The notes under the pieces were generated by a model. The model searched no databases, was not told where the DNA came from, and saw only the letters and a program-made list of their open reading frames with translations. Both the position numbers and the translations under genes were made by a program. A DNA stretch of 64,000 bases from Candidatus Hydrogenedentota bacterium (GTDB lineage: Bacteria; Hydrogenedentota; Hydrogenedentia; Hydrogenedentales; SLHB01): contig CAVUWV010000010.1 of NCBI GenBank assembly GCA_963745075.1, positions 160,001 to 224,000 on the forward strand, in the 5' to 3' direction. Shown here piece by piece: positions 1 to 9,957 of this stretch (position 1 is the stretch's first letter; each line of letters opens with the position of its first letter).

Positions 1-438
1 CAACGGCCCGTATTCGGTTGGGGAGGCTGGGGCCGATCCCGAATCACCGACGCCATGGGGCACGACATCAGCATTACCGACAGCCAGTGGGTTATCACCT
101 ACGGTATGAATGGTTTTCTGGGGCTCGCTTCGATTGCGGCGCTCGTGATCGTTCCGATTATGATGATACCGCGGAAGATCCCTCCCCGGCTCTGGTTCCA
201 CCCGGCCGTCGTGGCGGTCCCAACGCTCGCGCTCGTGCTCGCTCTCTGGATGATCGACAACACGATGAACAACATGTTCAACCCCATTTACGTTCTCATC
301 GCCGGAGGGTTAGCGGGGCAAAACGCCGTCACCGAAATGCAGCTTGCGCCGCCAACGAGACGGCGTGCGGTGGCGGGGGATCGAGACCTCACGCGCACGA
401 GAGCCCGAAGCTTCCGCACTCGAACGCGCGTCCGGTAG
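1..438 (+). CDS. C-terminal part of an O-antigen ligase/polymerase-like membrane protein (5' truncated by the window edge)
   Basis: Frame is open from base 1: QRPVFGWGGWGR...DSQWVITYGMNGFLGL followed by TM helices. The P-x-F-G-W-G and G-x-x-G-L pattern is typical of Wzy_C/WaaL. Adjacent to a GT4 gene. Confidence 0.55.
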   Translation, partial: QRPVFGWGGWGRSRITDAMGHDISITDSQWVITYGMNGFLGLASIAALVIVPIMMIPRKIPPRLWFHPAVVAVPTLALVLALWMIDNTMNNMFNPIYVLIAGGLAGQNAVTEMQLAPPTRRRAVAGDRDLTRTRARSFRTRTRVR

Positions 439-447
439 AAGGACCGG

Positions 448-1770
448 TTAAGGAAGGTGAGCTTTTATCAGTGCGCTTCGTTCCCGGAATACGGCTGCAT
501 CGTTAAACCGCGCCCCATTGGCCCCCGCGTCGCGTATCAAAGCGGCTAAGGCCTCCCGGTCCAACGCAAGTTTGGCCAATTGCGCCCCCAAGGACTTCCA
601 GTCTCCAATGGGAACGAAGTGTCCGCCGCCGTGCCCCTCGACAAGATCCCGTGCGAATGCATTATCGTAGCCCACAATTGGGGTGCCCGACACCAGCGCC
701 TCCAGCAGGCATCGTGGTGATTCGGGGGTGAGGTGGGTGAAGGTCAGAACGTGGCTTTCGCGCAGAGTGCACAAGAGGCGTTCTCTGTCGTCCACGAAAC
801 CAGGCAGCGCAAGCGCCTCGCCGAGTCCCAGTTCTTTGGCCAACCCGCGCATCTCTTCGAGCAGTGGGCCATCTCCGAGCCACGTCGCAGCAATGGATGC
901 TCCGCGCTCCCGGGCATGTGCCATGGCCCGCACCCAGTCCAGCGGCGCTTTAATTCCCGTGGCCCGGCCAGCGTAGCACACCCGAAGCGTCGTGTCGTGA
1001 ACGGCTTTGCTCGCTTTGACTTCGCACGCCGCTGGCGAAATGCAGTCCGCAGGCTTCGTATGGACGTCGTGAATGTTGTGGTTGTTCTCGCAGTACGGAC
1101 TGTAGGCCTGGTAACAATCGAATCCGTGCCAAAGTCCGAGGGAGCAGCGACGAACGAGCCTCTCGTGATACCATTTGATGATGGGCGCTTCCAGATGCGC
1201 GCGCACCCGCCGCTTGACGCGATGACCTTGTGCTATCTGCACGACCAATTTGTGCGCCACGTTGTCGGTGTGCAACGCATACGGGCGGTCTTGCCGGTAT
1301 GCTTCCATGGCCGCGACCGCCGCCCAATCTCCCGCGAGACCGCTGATGGCGAACTGCAGATACCGGCTCTGTGCGATACGCTTACCCAATAGCGCCCGAG
1401 TCTTGCTGTATCTGCGGATGAATTCGATGTACGAGAAGGTCCAGGGCAATCGCACAAACTCGACCCGGCCGTGCCACGCTTGCTCAGACACGTCCAACCA
1501 GACTGACGAGCCGTCGCTGGTAATCATCGATTCGGGAATTACGGGTACCGCCACAATCAGTGATTCAAAATTGTCCGCCCAACGCGCGACTCCGTTGCAG
1601 GCCTGCGCCTCGAACAAGACGACGCCGTCCCGTACCCGGACCGGTACCGGCAGGACCAACAGCATTCGGTCGTTTTCCGGCAGTCTTCGCACTTCACCCA
1701 TGAATAGGGGGATCCTCCCGCAGAAACCGTGAAAGTGCGCCATCATACGGCGCTTTGCGGTGCGAAACAA
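448..1770 (-). CDS. Glycosyltransferase family 4 (GT-B)
   Basis: C-terminal GT4 motifs YAGR...K, GDGPL, PESPRCLLEALVSGTPIVG. Start uncertain (1770 TTG or 1701 ATG). Confidence 0.85.
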   Translation of the reverse strand: MFRTAKRRMMAHFHGFCGRIPLFMGEVRRLPENDRMLLVLPVPVRVRDGVVLFEAQACNGVARWADNFESLIVAVPVIPESMITSDGSSVWLDVSEQAWHGRVEFVRLPWTFSYIEFIRRYSKTRALLGKRIAQSRYLQFAISGLAGDWAAVAAMEAYRQDRPYALHTDNVAHKLVVQIAQGHRVKRRVRAHLEAPIIKWYHERLVRRCSLGLWHGFDCYQAYSPYCENNHNIHDVHTKPADCISPAACEVKASKAVHDTTLRVCYAGRATGIKAPLDWVRAMAHARERGASIAATWLGDGPLLEEMRGLAKELGLGEALALPGFVDDRERLLCTLRESHVLTFTHLTPESPRCLLEALVSGTPIVGYDNAFARDLVEGHGGGHFVPIGDWKSLGAQLAKLALDREALAALIRDAGANGARFNDAAVFRERSALIKAHLP

Positions 1771-1797
1771 GCGACCATTACGATAGTTCCACGCAGT

Positions 1798-3030
1798 TCA
1801 GTTTGCACGTTTCACCGCGACTTCGAAGATCTTGCCGCGCCGCGTACGCCGGATCATGAATTCGAGATCGTTCACCTCGAAGGTCTCATTGCGTGTTGGC
1901 AAACGGCCAAGCTGCCGGATCAACCACGATGACGTGCTGCCCTCCGCATCCGGCAGCGACAGGCCCATGGTCTGTTGCAGCTTGCCCACCGGGTACCCGC
2001 CGCCGACCATCCAAGTCCCGCCGCTGAGGGCATGGCACATCCGGGGCAGACGATCGAATTCATCTTCCAATTCCCCTACCAGTTCCTCGACCAAGTCTTC
2101 CATTGTAACCAGCCCGAGCGCCTTTCCTTCGGCGGATTGCACAATCGCCATATGCACGTGCTCTTCCACGAAGGCCTTCAACAGTTCCACCGACAACGTC
2201 TCCGGATGGACAAAACGCACTGGCCGAATGATTCCCCTCAGACTCGGATCCTCCGGATTGGTGCGTGCCCGGTAGATCATCTCTTTGAAATTCACATACC
2301 CCAGGACCGCGTCCCGATCGTCGCCCTCCATGATTGGAAAGCGGGTGTGCGGATCAAAGTGCGCCGTGAGAATCGCATCCGTCATCGTCTGCTTGGTCGA
2401 CAAAAATGTGATCTGTTCCGCCGGGATCATCACCGACTCGACCGGCGTGTCCGACATGGTCACCGCGCGCTTGATGATGTTCTCTTCGTACGGTCCGATC
2501 AGGTCGCTTAGCCGCGCCATTCCTGTGAGCGCCATCATTTCATCGATGGTGCCGCTGCGTTTTTCGCGCCCGGTCCTTTTGCCTTCAAAAGGACGGTTCA
2601 GCAACCGGACGATAAACGTGGCCGGCGCCATGATCTTCACGGTCATCGCCAAGGGCTGCGCGATAATGGGGGCAAGTCGCTCGTTGTACCGTACTCCCAG
2701 CGTCTTGGGAAGGATTTCCGTGAACTGGAGAATTGCCAAAGAAAACGCAATGGAAAAAACTGCGATCCATTGTGGACCGAAGACGCGATCGAACTCCGCG
2801 CCCGCGACCGTCGCACCGATCGTGTGTGCCAACGTGTTGATGATTAAGATTACGGCGATCGGGCGCTGAATCTCCGATTTGTGCCGTTCCCACGCCTGGG
2901 CCGCTTTCGGGTGCCGTTTGGCGAGTTCTGCAACCTGGACCGGCGTAATGCTGAGCAGGACTGCCTCCAGCAGGGAACACATGCCAGATAACAGCAAGAC
3001 TAGTCCCACGCTCACGATAAGTAACGTCAT
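1798..3030 (-). CDS. HlyC/CorC (CNNM + CBS pair + CorC_HlyC) metal transporter-like protein
   Basis: N-terminal TM segment with SLLEAVLLS and EILPKTLG; CBS motifs HTRFPI and GLVTMEDLVEELVGE. Confidence 0.9.
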   Translation of the reverse strand: MTLLIVSVGLVLLLSGMCSLLEAVLLSITPVQVAELAKRHPKAAQAWERHKSEIQRPIAVILIINTLAHTIGATVAGAEFDRVFGPQWIAVFSIAFSLAILQFTEILPKTLGVRYNERLAPIIAQPLAMTVKIMAPATFIVRLLNRPFEGKRTGREKRSGTIDEMMALTGMARLSDLIGPYEENIIKRAVTMSDTPVESVMIPAEQITFLSTKQTMTDAILTAHFDPHTRFPIMEGDDRDAVLGYVNFKEMIYRARTNPEDPSLRGIIRPVRFVHPETLSVELLKAFVEEHVHMAIVQSAEGKALGLVTMEDLVEELVGELEDEFDRLPRMCHALSGGTWMVGGGYPVGKLQQTMGLSLPDAEGSTSSWLIRQLGRLPTRNETFEVNDLEFMIRRTRRGKIFEVAVKRAN

Positions 3031-3119
3031 GTCAACTCCTTCTGACTGATCCGCTGGCGAGTGCTGCCTACTGGAATCTTGCCTCGCAACGCAACGAGAC
3101 GGGATCGTCCCAGCCTTTT

Positions 3120-3168
3120 TGCTTTATGTTGAAAAGTACTTGACAATCGTGCTCCTTTCCCGTACCAT
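3120..3168 (+). promoter_or_regulatory. sigma70 promoter (TTGACA-N17-TACCAT) with abutting palindromic operator TGCTTT-N7-AAAGTA
   Basis: TTGACA at 3140-3145, TACCAT at 3163-3168, palindrome at 3120-3138. ATG at 3175 lies 6 nt after the -10. Confidence 0.6.
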
Positions 3169-3174
3169 AGACTT

Positions 3175-3789
3175 ATGAACGCGACCCGGCAAACGCGGAT
3201 TTCCACCGGCGAGCCCGTTCGGCTCCATTCCCATGCCATGGACAACCTCCGTTTTATACGGGAAACCATGGAACGTTCCACTTCCTTCACCGCCGTCCCG
3301 GGGTGGGGGACAGCGGGCATGGGCGCGATTGCTTGTGCGGGTGCCGTGACGGCTTCGCTCATGGCGTCTGAACCCGCGTGGCTTACCGTTTGGATTGTCG
3401 CCGCCTGCTGCGCGGTAGCGCTTGGTACGGCCTCCTTGGTTCGCAAGGCGCGCTTGGTAAACGAATCCCTTTTCCAGGGCGCCGGTCGTCGCTTCGTATT
3501 GGGCATGCTGCCTCCGGTGGTCGCGGGTATGGTGCTGACCGCCGTGTTCTTCCGATTGAACCTGTTTTCCATCATGCCGGCGACCTGGCTCCTGCTCTAC
3601 GGCGCCGGCGTGGTGACCGGCGGCGCCTATAGCGTTCGGATTGTCCCCGTCATGGGGCTATGTTTCATGATACTCGGAATCGTTGCATTTGGGATCGGCA
3701 CCGCGTGGGCCAACGCCGTCATGGCGATTGGGTTCGGCGGGTTTCACATCCTGTTCGGCACCATCATAGCGAGACGACACGGTGGGTAG
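3175..3789 (+). CDS. Conserved hypothetical multi-pass membrane protein
   Basis: N-terminal DNLRFIRETMERS then about 6 hydrophobic helices. Overlaps the downstream wHTH gene. Confidence 0.75.
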   Translation: MNATRQTRISTGEPVRLHSHAMDNLRFIRETMERSTSFTAVPGWGTAGMGAIACAGAVTASLMASEPAWLTVWIVAACCAVALGTASLVRKARLVNESLFQGAGRRFVLGMLPPVVAGMVLTAVFFRLNLFSIMPATWLLLYGAGVVTGGAYSVRIVPVMGLCFMILGIVAFGIGTAWANAVMAIGFGGFHILFGTIIARRHGG

Positions 3790-4180
3790 ACAGAACACAG
3801 CCAAGAACCGTCAATCCGACGAGATCGATCGCACCTCCGAAGCGGCGGAAAACGCCGCTCACCGGGTGGTCGCGACCGGCCTTGACCGCGTGATACACGA
3901 GCGGATGCGTCTGGCCGTTGTCAGTGCCCTCGCCGTCAATCCGACGCTGAGTTTCAACGAATTGAAACGCATCTTGAACACGACGGATGGCAATCTCAGC
4001 GTCCACGCGCGCAAACTCGAGGATGCCGGCTACATCCAGTGCGATAAATTCTTCCAGGGTCGAGTTCCCAAGACGGTTTACGCGCTGACCGACGCCGGCC
4101 GCCAAGCCCTCGAACGCTATCTCAGCCACATGGAGACCCTGATCCGCCGCGTCCGCGAAGAAGACAATGGCGGGTCGTGA
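3782..4180 (+). CDS. Winged helix-turn-helix transcriptional regulator (HTH_34/ArsR-MarR-like)
   Basis: LDRVIHERMRLAVVSAL...SFNELK...TDGNLSVHARKLEDAGYI...PKTVYALTDAGR. Confidence 0.9.
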   Translation: MGRQNTAKNRQSDEIDRTSEAAENAAHRVVATGLDRVIHERMRLAVVSALAVNPTLSFNELKRILNTTDGNLSVHARKLEDAGYIQCDKFFQGRVPKTVYALTDAGRQALERYLSHMETLIRRVREEDNGGS

Positions 4181-4231
4181 ACACGTACGCGGAATAAGCA
4201 AGAGATGCATCTAAACAGTGCTGTAGCCCAA

Positions 4232-4389
4232 AAGAACATCCCCCTTGATCCCCCTTCGAAGGGGGAAATTCGCAACGCTTCGCGTTGCGCGGGGGCTGGC
4301 AACGGCTTAAAGCGCTGCGCGTCACATACACCAGGAACGTTAGTTGCGCACAATTCCCCCTTTGAAGGGGGATCAAGGGGGATGTTCTT
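4232..4389. repeat. REP-like inverted pair (about 38-bp arms, each with a CCCCCTTnnAAGGGGG hairpin)
   Basis: AAGAACATCCCCCTTGATCCCCCTTCGAAGGGGGAAATT (4232-4270) is the near-perfect reverse complement of 4352-4389. Confidence 0.85.
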
Positions 4390-4450
4390 CCGCATGCACT
4401 TTTTGCGCAACGGATTCTAAGTAGCAAGGCGGGAATTTTTTTTGTTTCTA

Positions 4451-4469
4451 TACTTTATATAAAAAAGTA
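4451..4469. promoter_or_regulatory. Palindromic operator TACTTT-N7-AAAGTA upstream of uppS
   Basis: Perfect 6-7-6 palindrome in an AT-rich stretch; matches the site at 3120-3138. Confidence 0.55.
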
Positions 4470-4494
4470 CTCTATAAATGTAAGGAATTGTTGT

Positions 4495-5238
4495 ATGTCA
4501 ATTAAAGTATCTTTTAGGAAAAGTATTCACGTCGCTATCATCATGGATGGCAACGGCCGGTGGGCCGTCCAACGCGGGCTGGCTCGTTCCGACGGACACC
4601 GGGAAGGCGTCAAAACCGTCCGCGACATCGTCCAAGCCGCCCGCGAGCGGAGCATAGGAATACTGACCCTATTCGCCTTCTCCGTCGATAATTGGCGCCG
4701 TTCCCGCGAAGAAGTCACCGCCATCTTCGACCTCATGGAACACTACCTGTACGCCGAGACGCCGGAATGCGTCGAACGCGGTATCCGGATTTCCGTCATA
4801 GGCCACCGGGAAGGCCTCAGCGCCGGACTCCGGGAAGCCATCCGCCAGGCCGAGGAAGCCACTCACGGTGGACCCAACCTCTGGCTACGCATCGCGCTCA
4901 ACTACTCCTCCCGTGACGCCATCCTGCGCGCCGCTCTACGTTCTGCCCGCGAACCGGTCCGAAGCCGCCAGGATTTCGCCCGCCTTCTCGCGGATGACAA
5001 CGGCGAGACCGCACCCGAAGTCGACCTCCTCATCCGGACCGGGGGAGAGCGCCGACTCAGCGACTTCCTCCTCTGGGAAAGCGCCTACGCCGAACTCCAC
5101 TTTACGCCCGTCTCCTGGCCCGACTTCACACCCGCCGACCTCGACACCGCGCTCGCGGACTTCCACCACCGCGACCGCCGTTTCGGCGCTGCGCCCCCGC
5201 CCGCTGTGGCGACCGCCAACGATTCGTGGCTCCAGTGA
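4495..5238 (+). CDS. uppS: cis-prenyltransferase (undecaprenyl diphosphate synthase family)
   Basis: HVAIIMDGNGRW, FAFSVDNWRR, DLLIRTGGERRLSDFLLWESAYAEL. Confidence 0.92.
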   Translation: MSIKVSFRKSIHVAIIMDGNGRWAVQRGLARSDGHREGVKTVRDIVQAARERSIGILTLFAFSVDNWRRSREEVTAIFDLMEHYLYAETPECVERGIRISVIGHREGLSAGLREAIRQAEEATHGGPNLWLRIALNYSSRDAILRAALRSAREPVRSRQDFARLLADDNGETAPEVDLLIRTGGERRLSDFLLWESAYAELHFTPVSWPDFTPADLDTALADFHHRDRRFGAAPPPAVATANDSWLQ

Positions 5239-5373
5239 CTGAGGGTCAATATACATAGGATGGATAACGGGCATGCATTCTATGTTTGTGTGGCGGCGCG
5301 CTCTTTTGAAGTCAAATTCGCTGTTCATCTTGTAAGACATTTTGTATGAGCACTTTAGCTGAAACACCCTGAC

Positions 5374-5390
5374 TTGGCATCTGGCGTGCT
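5374..5390 (+). promoter_or_regulatory. Putative sigma54 (-24/-12) promoter
   Basis: TTGGCATCTGGCGTGCT has GG-N10-GC spacing, about 86 nt before the radical SAM ATG. Confidence 0.45.
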
Positions 5391-5476
5391 CTTCCTCATG
5401 GCAAGAGCCTTCGGCAGCAACACGATTCCACGGCGTAGCGGGGGCTTGCGGCTCGTAATCCAGGAAGGAAGCAGAC

Positions 5477-6865
5477 ATGAACATCCTACTGATCGCACCG
5501 GCATCGGGACCGTGGCGGGGTATTGACCGGCACACGGCATTCAACGGGAAAACATTCCGTTTTTCGATGCTCTCCCTGCTCACGGTCGCGGCGTTGTCAC
5601 CGCGTGACGCGAAAGTGACCGTCATCGACGAGCAGGTCGAGAACATCCCGGACGACAATTTCGATTTGGTCGGTATTACGGCCATGACAGCGCTTGCGCC
5701 TAGGGCCTACGAACTCAGCGCGCAATTTCGGGCGCGCGGTATTCCTGTCGTGATGGGTGGATTCCACGCGACCCTGAATCCCCAGGAAGTGCTCGAACAC
5801 GTCGACGCGATCGTCGAGGGTCCTGCGACCGGCGCGTGGGAGCGGGTATGTGAAGACGTTCGCCACGGACGGCTCCAGCGCCGCTACCGGGGGGATTCCG
5901 ACGCGCCATTCCCCAAACGGCTGCCCCGCGAACTGTTGGCCTCAAGACATTACCAATCCGTCAACGCCACCGTCGCGACGATGGGGTGCCGCAATCACTG
6001 CCACTTCTGTTCGATCAATGCGTTTCACGGTGGAAACCGTTTCACGCGGCCCGTCGCGGACGTTGTCGCCGAAGTCGCGGAGTTCTCCAAAGGCCTGTTC
6101 GTGTTTGTGGACGACAATCTCACGCAAGATCGTGCGTACGCCCTCGAACTGTTCCGGACGCTCGCGCCGTTGAAGCGGCATTGGGTGGTCCAAGCATCGA
6201 TTGCCATTGCGGAAGATGCGGAACTGGTTTCAGCCATGGCGGACGGCGGATGCATGGGCGTGTTCGTCGGTCTCGAAACGTTTAGTGCCGAGGCACTCGC
6301 GCAGCAAGACAAGGAGTTCAACAAACCGCAGCAGTATCGTGATGCCGTGCGCACCCTGCACCGCAACGGCATGTTCGTCGAGGCGGGCGTCATCGTCGGG
6401 TTCGACGCCGACCAGCGGACCGTGTTCCGCGACACCCTGCGCTTGCTCGATTGGGCCGGTATCGACGCGATTCAACTCGCCATCTTGACGCCGCTGCCCG
6501 GCACACCGCTCTATACCGCCATGAAGGAACGCATCATCGACGACAACTGGGAGCACTACGACTATCGCCATGCGGTATTCACACCCAAGAACATGACTGC
6601 CGCCGAGTTGCAGGACGGCGCAGACTGGATGGTGTCCGCGTTTTACTCGCCCGGGCGGATGGTCCGGCGCTTCTGCCGTTGGGTTGCCATGCCGCGCGGC
6701 TTACGCACATGCGTCTATCCGCTCGCCCTCAACCTTGCGTACTACGGGCGGGTTCGACGCTTTCGCATCCAGGGCTATGACCCCGGCACGACGAAGACCC
6801 CGGCGCGGCACATTGCGGCGTCGCCCCCTCGCATTCACGGACAACGCACATCGTATTCGCGATAG
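5477..6865 (+). CDS. B12-binding domain radical SAM protein
   Basis: N-terminal B12-binding-like region (LSLLTVAAL, VVMGGFHAT); CxxxCxxC as GCRNHCHFC; FVDDN, GLET, TPLPGTPLY. Confidence 0.9.
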   Translation: MNILLIAPASGPWRGIDRHTAFNGKTFRFSMLSLLTVAALSPRDAKVTVIDEQVENIPDDNFDLVGITAMTALAPRAYELSAQFRARGIPVVMGGFHATLNPQEVLEHVDAIVEGPATGAWERVCEDVRHGRLQRRYRGDSDAPFPKRLPRELLASRHYQSVNATVATMGCRNHCHFCSINAFHGGNRFTRPVADVVAEVAEFSKGLFVFVDDNLTQDRAYALELFRTLAPLKRHWVVQASIAIAEDAELVSAMADGGCMGVFVGLETFSAEALAQQDKEFNKPQQYRDAVRTLHRNGMFVEAGVIVGFDADQRTVFRDTLRLLDWAGIDAIQLAILTPLPGTPLYTAMKERIIDDNWEHYDYRHAVFTPKNMTAAELQDGADWMVSAFYSPGRMVRRFCRWVAMPRGLRTCVYPLALNLAYYGRVRRFRIQGYDPGTTKTPARHIAASPPRIHGQRTSYSR

Positions 6866-6892
6866 CCGACGCCTCACGATCGAATGCGGTAG

Positions 6893-9613
6893 TTAGACCC
6901 GTCGACGGCGCAAGACACTTACGCCCGCTACCATGGTGATCGCAGCCAACACAATCAGCAAGAGGCCCGTGGGCGAGGGCACGCTCGCGCCGTTGACGAT
7001 TGTGAAATCCGCATCGCTTTGGTCGGTGTACATATTGTCCGTCGTGGTGATCTTGATTCGGTAATCCGTGCCCGAAGTCAGATCCGACGGGACCAGCACG
7101 CCTTCGCTTCCATCGTTGGGCGTCGAAGCCAGGAGGGTGCGATCCAGGGACCCTCCCTTAAAGAGTTCGATTCGGACGTCGCCTCCGGCGCTGGTATTCC
7201 ATTGAATCGTCTTGGCGGTGCTCGTATACCAATTCTCACCGCCATTGGGGGTTAGTAACTCGACGCCCTCCGGCACGGTCAATTCAACATTGACGTTCTG
7301 GGGTGAACCGCTCGCGCCGGCTGCGGTAATCGTCACGGTATCGTTGTGCACCCCTCCCGCCAGGCTGGTCGCGTCGAACGCAAGGTATATCAGGTCGGAC
7401 TCGTTCGTGCAGGAACCCGACGTTAGAGACGTCGTGAGCCAGGACTGGGAATTGGCGACCGTGTAGCCCATCGAGCCGCCGCCGGAATTCGAGACGGCGA
7501 TGTATTTGGTGTCCGAGGTCTGTCCCGGCCACAGCGATTCGGTGATGGTGGTGGTGGACACATCGAGCGCCGGTGCATCGGCCACCGTCAGCAGAACCGG
7601 AATTATCTGCGGGGAATTGGAGGCGCCCGCGTCGGTCACGGTTATCGACGCAGCGTGGGGCCCGGAACCGAGCGCCGACGCGTCGATGGTTACGGTGATC
7701 TCCTCCGGGTTGACTGTCAAGGAACCGGCGATGGGGGAGCACGTGAGCCAGGCGACGTTATCGGTGATGGAGTAGTTGAGGGTACCGTCCCCGGCGTTAA
7801 AGACATTGAATACTGCTTCCGGCGGGCTGGCGCCGAGATCGCACGTGGGGGAGAGCGTGCCGGCCGTCAGTCCGATCGCAGGCGTCGCCGGGGGACTACC
7901 CGTACCGATAACAAACGAAAGTGCCGACCCGACCGCACCGTAGTCGTGTACGACCATCCCCGAGTTCACGGTACGTCCCGTATTGGTGGTGTGGTCCCAG
8001 AAATGAAGTTCCGGACTGGTTGTGTCGTCGAGAGGGTCCGCGCCTTGTGTGTCGCGGAACGTGTCGAGCGAACTCGGATAGGGTACAGGATTGCTATACC
8101 ACGGCGTATAGGACGTTGTGGGAGCAGCCTCGACGATAAACGCTTCGTAGGGAATCTCGTAGGTTCCGCTTATCTGAATGGAGCTGTGCGTATTGCTCCC
8201 ACCCTCGAAGATATGCCACACCGCCAGCCCCAAGCCGGGCGCGACGGTCGAGAGATGACCGCCGTATGGCCCTTCATATCCGGCGTTATTCCGATTCTCA
8301 ATGAGAAAATACTCCTGGCTATTTGCAGGATTCATATACTTGTAGAAAAAGTTGCGGTCTTCCTGAACCGTCGCACGCACATGCGTCGACGAATCAACGT
8401 CAATTACTTCCGACCAGCCGGATTCTATTTTCAGATAGGGATCGACACTGTTAGGATGTTTGCCGCCGCCGCCGTGGCTGCCCGACGCCATGAGGCTGTA
8501 ATAGCCGATGACGTTCCCTCCGCCGGGTTCATAGCTGTAGAGGTCGGGGTAGAGGCACGTCAGGTGTCCGTTTTCGTGGCAGAACGTACCGATCGCCAGT
8601 TGCGTCTTCATGTCCGACATCTGATAGCGAAAGACCTTGATGTTATTGGCTGCATCGACGGTCTTCGTCGGGATTGCCCAACTGTGCGGCCAAAGGCCCA
8701 GCGACCATCCCGACGCACACGTTCCCGCGTAGAACACATTGATCGAATAGATGTAGCCGGAACCGTCCCGGCTGATCGGAGTGAAATCGAACCCCTGCGC
8801 CATGAGGATATCCAACGCCGTCTCGACCAGTTCCTGTGCGGTCGAATCGCCCCAGGTCCCGTCCACGTTATTGTCGTAGTATGTTTTGGGCAAGGGCATG
8901 CGCACGTACGCCGTTACGATGTTGTTAAAATTAAACAATCCGTTGGACTGGATTTGATAATACTCGTTAATCGAGCAGGCGTTGCCGAACTCCGTGTACC
9001 CGGAAGGCTGATTGCAGTAGTTGTCAACCTGGGACTGCGTAATGGTGCCCGGTTCGTCGGGAAAGTCCACGAGGATGCACAGCCCGACGTAGTCGCCGAT
9101 GGTCGTGCGGGACGGCGGCCCCGGGTACGGCCCTCGCACCGCGTTGCCTGACGGCAGTTGCCCGCTAGGCAAGAGCGGACGGCCCCTGTCGTCGACGCGA
9201 TACTCGGCTTGGGACGCGCGAACTCGCGTGAGCACCGCCTGGGCCGGCAGTGTTTGAGACGCTGGCGCAGCACCAGCAGACGCGGCCAGGGAGCGGTTGG
9301 ACGCGCTCGACTGCGCCGAAGCCGTGACCACGGGAACGCCGGTCGATTCGAACACCTGGCCGGACGCATCGAGCCGGGCGTAGCAGAAGAAGCCGCTCTG
9401 CGGATCTTTGATGACCTCATATCCGTCGAGCGTCCGCTGATAGGCGAAGTATTCGTCACCGTAGAGTTTGACCGGGAAGGTCGCCCCATCGGGCTGATGA
9501 TACGTGAATGTTTCCTCGCCAATATACGGGGCGGCCACGGCGATGGGCGCCAGCACGAGCAGGCACCATGCCACCACGAAAACACAGTTTCTCATAATCG
9601 CAAGTGATTTCAT
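6893..9613 (-). CDS. Secreted M6 family (immune inhibitor A-like) metalloprotease with BACON-like domains and C-terminal TM/Arg tail
   Basis: Signal peptide; QPDG...YGDE propeptide; IGTFCHENGHLTCLYPDLY zinc motif; YSLMASG; EYFLIENR; tail SVPSPTG-TM-RRRR. Confidence 0.9.
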   Translation of the reverse strand: MKSLAIMRNCVFVVAWCLLVLAPIAVAAPYIGEETFTYHQPDGATFPVKLYGDEYFAYQRTLDGYEVIKDPQSGFFCYARLDASGQVFESTGVPVVTASAQSSASNRSLAASAGAAPASQTLPAQAVLTRVRASQAEYRVDDRGRPLLPSGQLPSGNAVRGPYPGPPSRTTIGDYVGLCILVDFPDEPGTITQSQVDNYCNQPSGYTEFGNACSINEYYQIQSNGLFNFNNIVTAYVRMPLPKTYYDNNVDGTWGDSTAQELVETALDILMAQGFDFTPISRDGSGYIYSINVFYAGTCASGWSLGLWPHSWAIPTKTVDAANNIKVFRYQMSDMKTQLAIGTFCHENGHLTCLYPDLYSYEPGGGNVIGYYSLMASGSHGGGGKHPNSVDPYLKIESGWSEVIDVDSSTHVRATVQEDRNFFYKYMNPANSQEYFLIENRNNAGYEGPYGGHLSTVAPGLGLAVWHIFEGGSNTHSSIQISGTYEIPYEAFIVEAAPTTSYTPWYSNPVPYPSSLDTFRDTQGADPLDDTTSPELHFWDHTTNTGRTVNSGMVVHDYGAVGSALSFVIGTGSPPATPAIGLTAGTLSPTCDLGASPPEAVFNVFNAGDGTLNYSITDNVAWLTCSPIAGSLTVNPEEITVTIDASALGSGPHAASITVTDAGASNSPQIIPVLLTVADAPALDVSTTTITESLWPGQTSDTKYIAVSNSGGGSMGYTVANSQSWLTTSLTSGSCTNESDLIYLAFDATSLAGGVHNDTVTITAAGASGSPQNVNVELTVPEGVELLTPNGGENWYTSTAKTIQWNTSAGGDVRIELFKGGSLDRTLLASTPNDGSEGVLVPSDLTSGTDYRIKITTTDNMYTDQSDADFTIVNGASVPSPTGLLLIVLAAITMVAGVSVLRRRRV

Positions 9614-9912
9614 TTTCGGCCGTCCTCTCGATTTCGTCGAAATCGTCTACTCTCGGTTCTGGATTCTCCTGCGGTGCCGGGAGTTGTTCGGCTGCTTGGA
9701 CCGAACGAGGGGATAGCCGATGAAGCAAGAAGAGACGGCAACGGTATGGGGACTTGGCCGTAGGAATCGCAGACGGAACTTCCCTGCCGTTCCAAGTCCA
9801 TCACAAGACGTGTCACCGTGAAACATCCCCTCCGAACAGGGAGCATCCACGCAGCAGCATGAGCCACCCCTCAACCCCGAACGCACTCGCGCTGTATGTG
9901 CTTAATAACACC

Positions 9913-9942
9913 ATGTTACGCTGGCCACGCAGATTCTGTCAA
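9913..9942 (-). promoter_or_regulatory. Putative sigma70 promoter of the first M6 gene (TTGACA-N18-TAACAT)
   Basis: Motif read on the minus strand; position conserved in the paralogous upstream region at 16957-16986. Confidence 0.5.
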
Positions 9943-9957
9943 CCGCGTTCCCTCGGT

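Noticed and set aside
4117..4427. Short ORFs containing NIPLDPPSKGE on both strands
   Set aside because: These are translations of the inverted repeat, not credible genes.
7655..9151. Long antisense ORFs (also 38299-39810, 47337-48548, 54496-56193)
   Set aside because: Shadow ORFs opposite well-supported genes in high-GC DNA, with no recognisable motifs.
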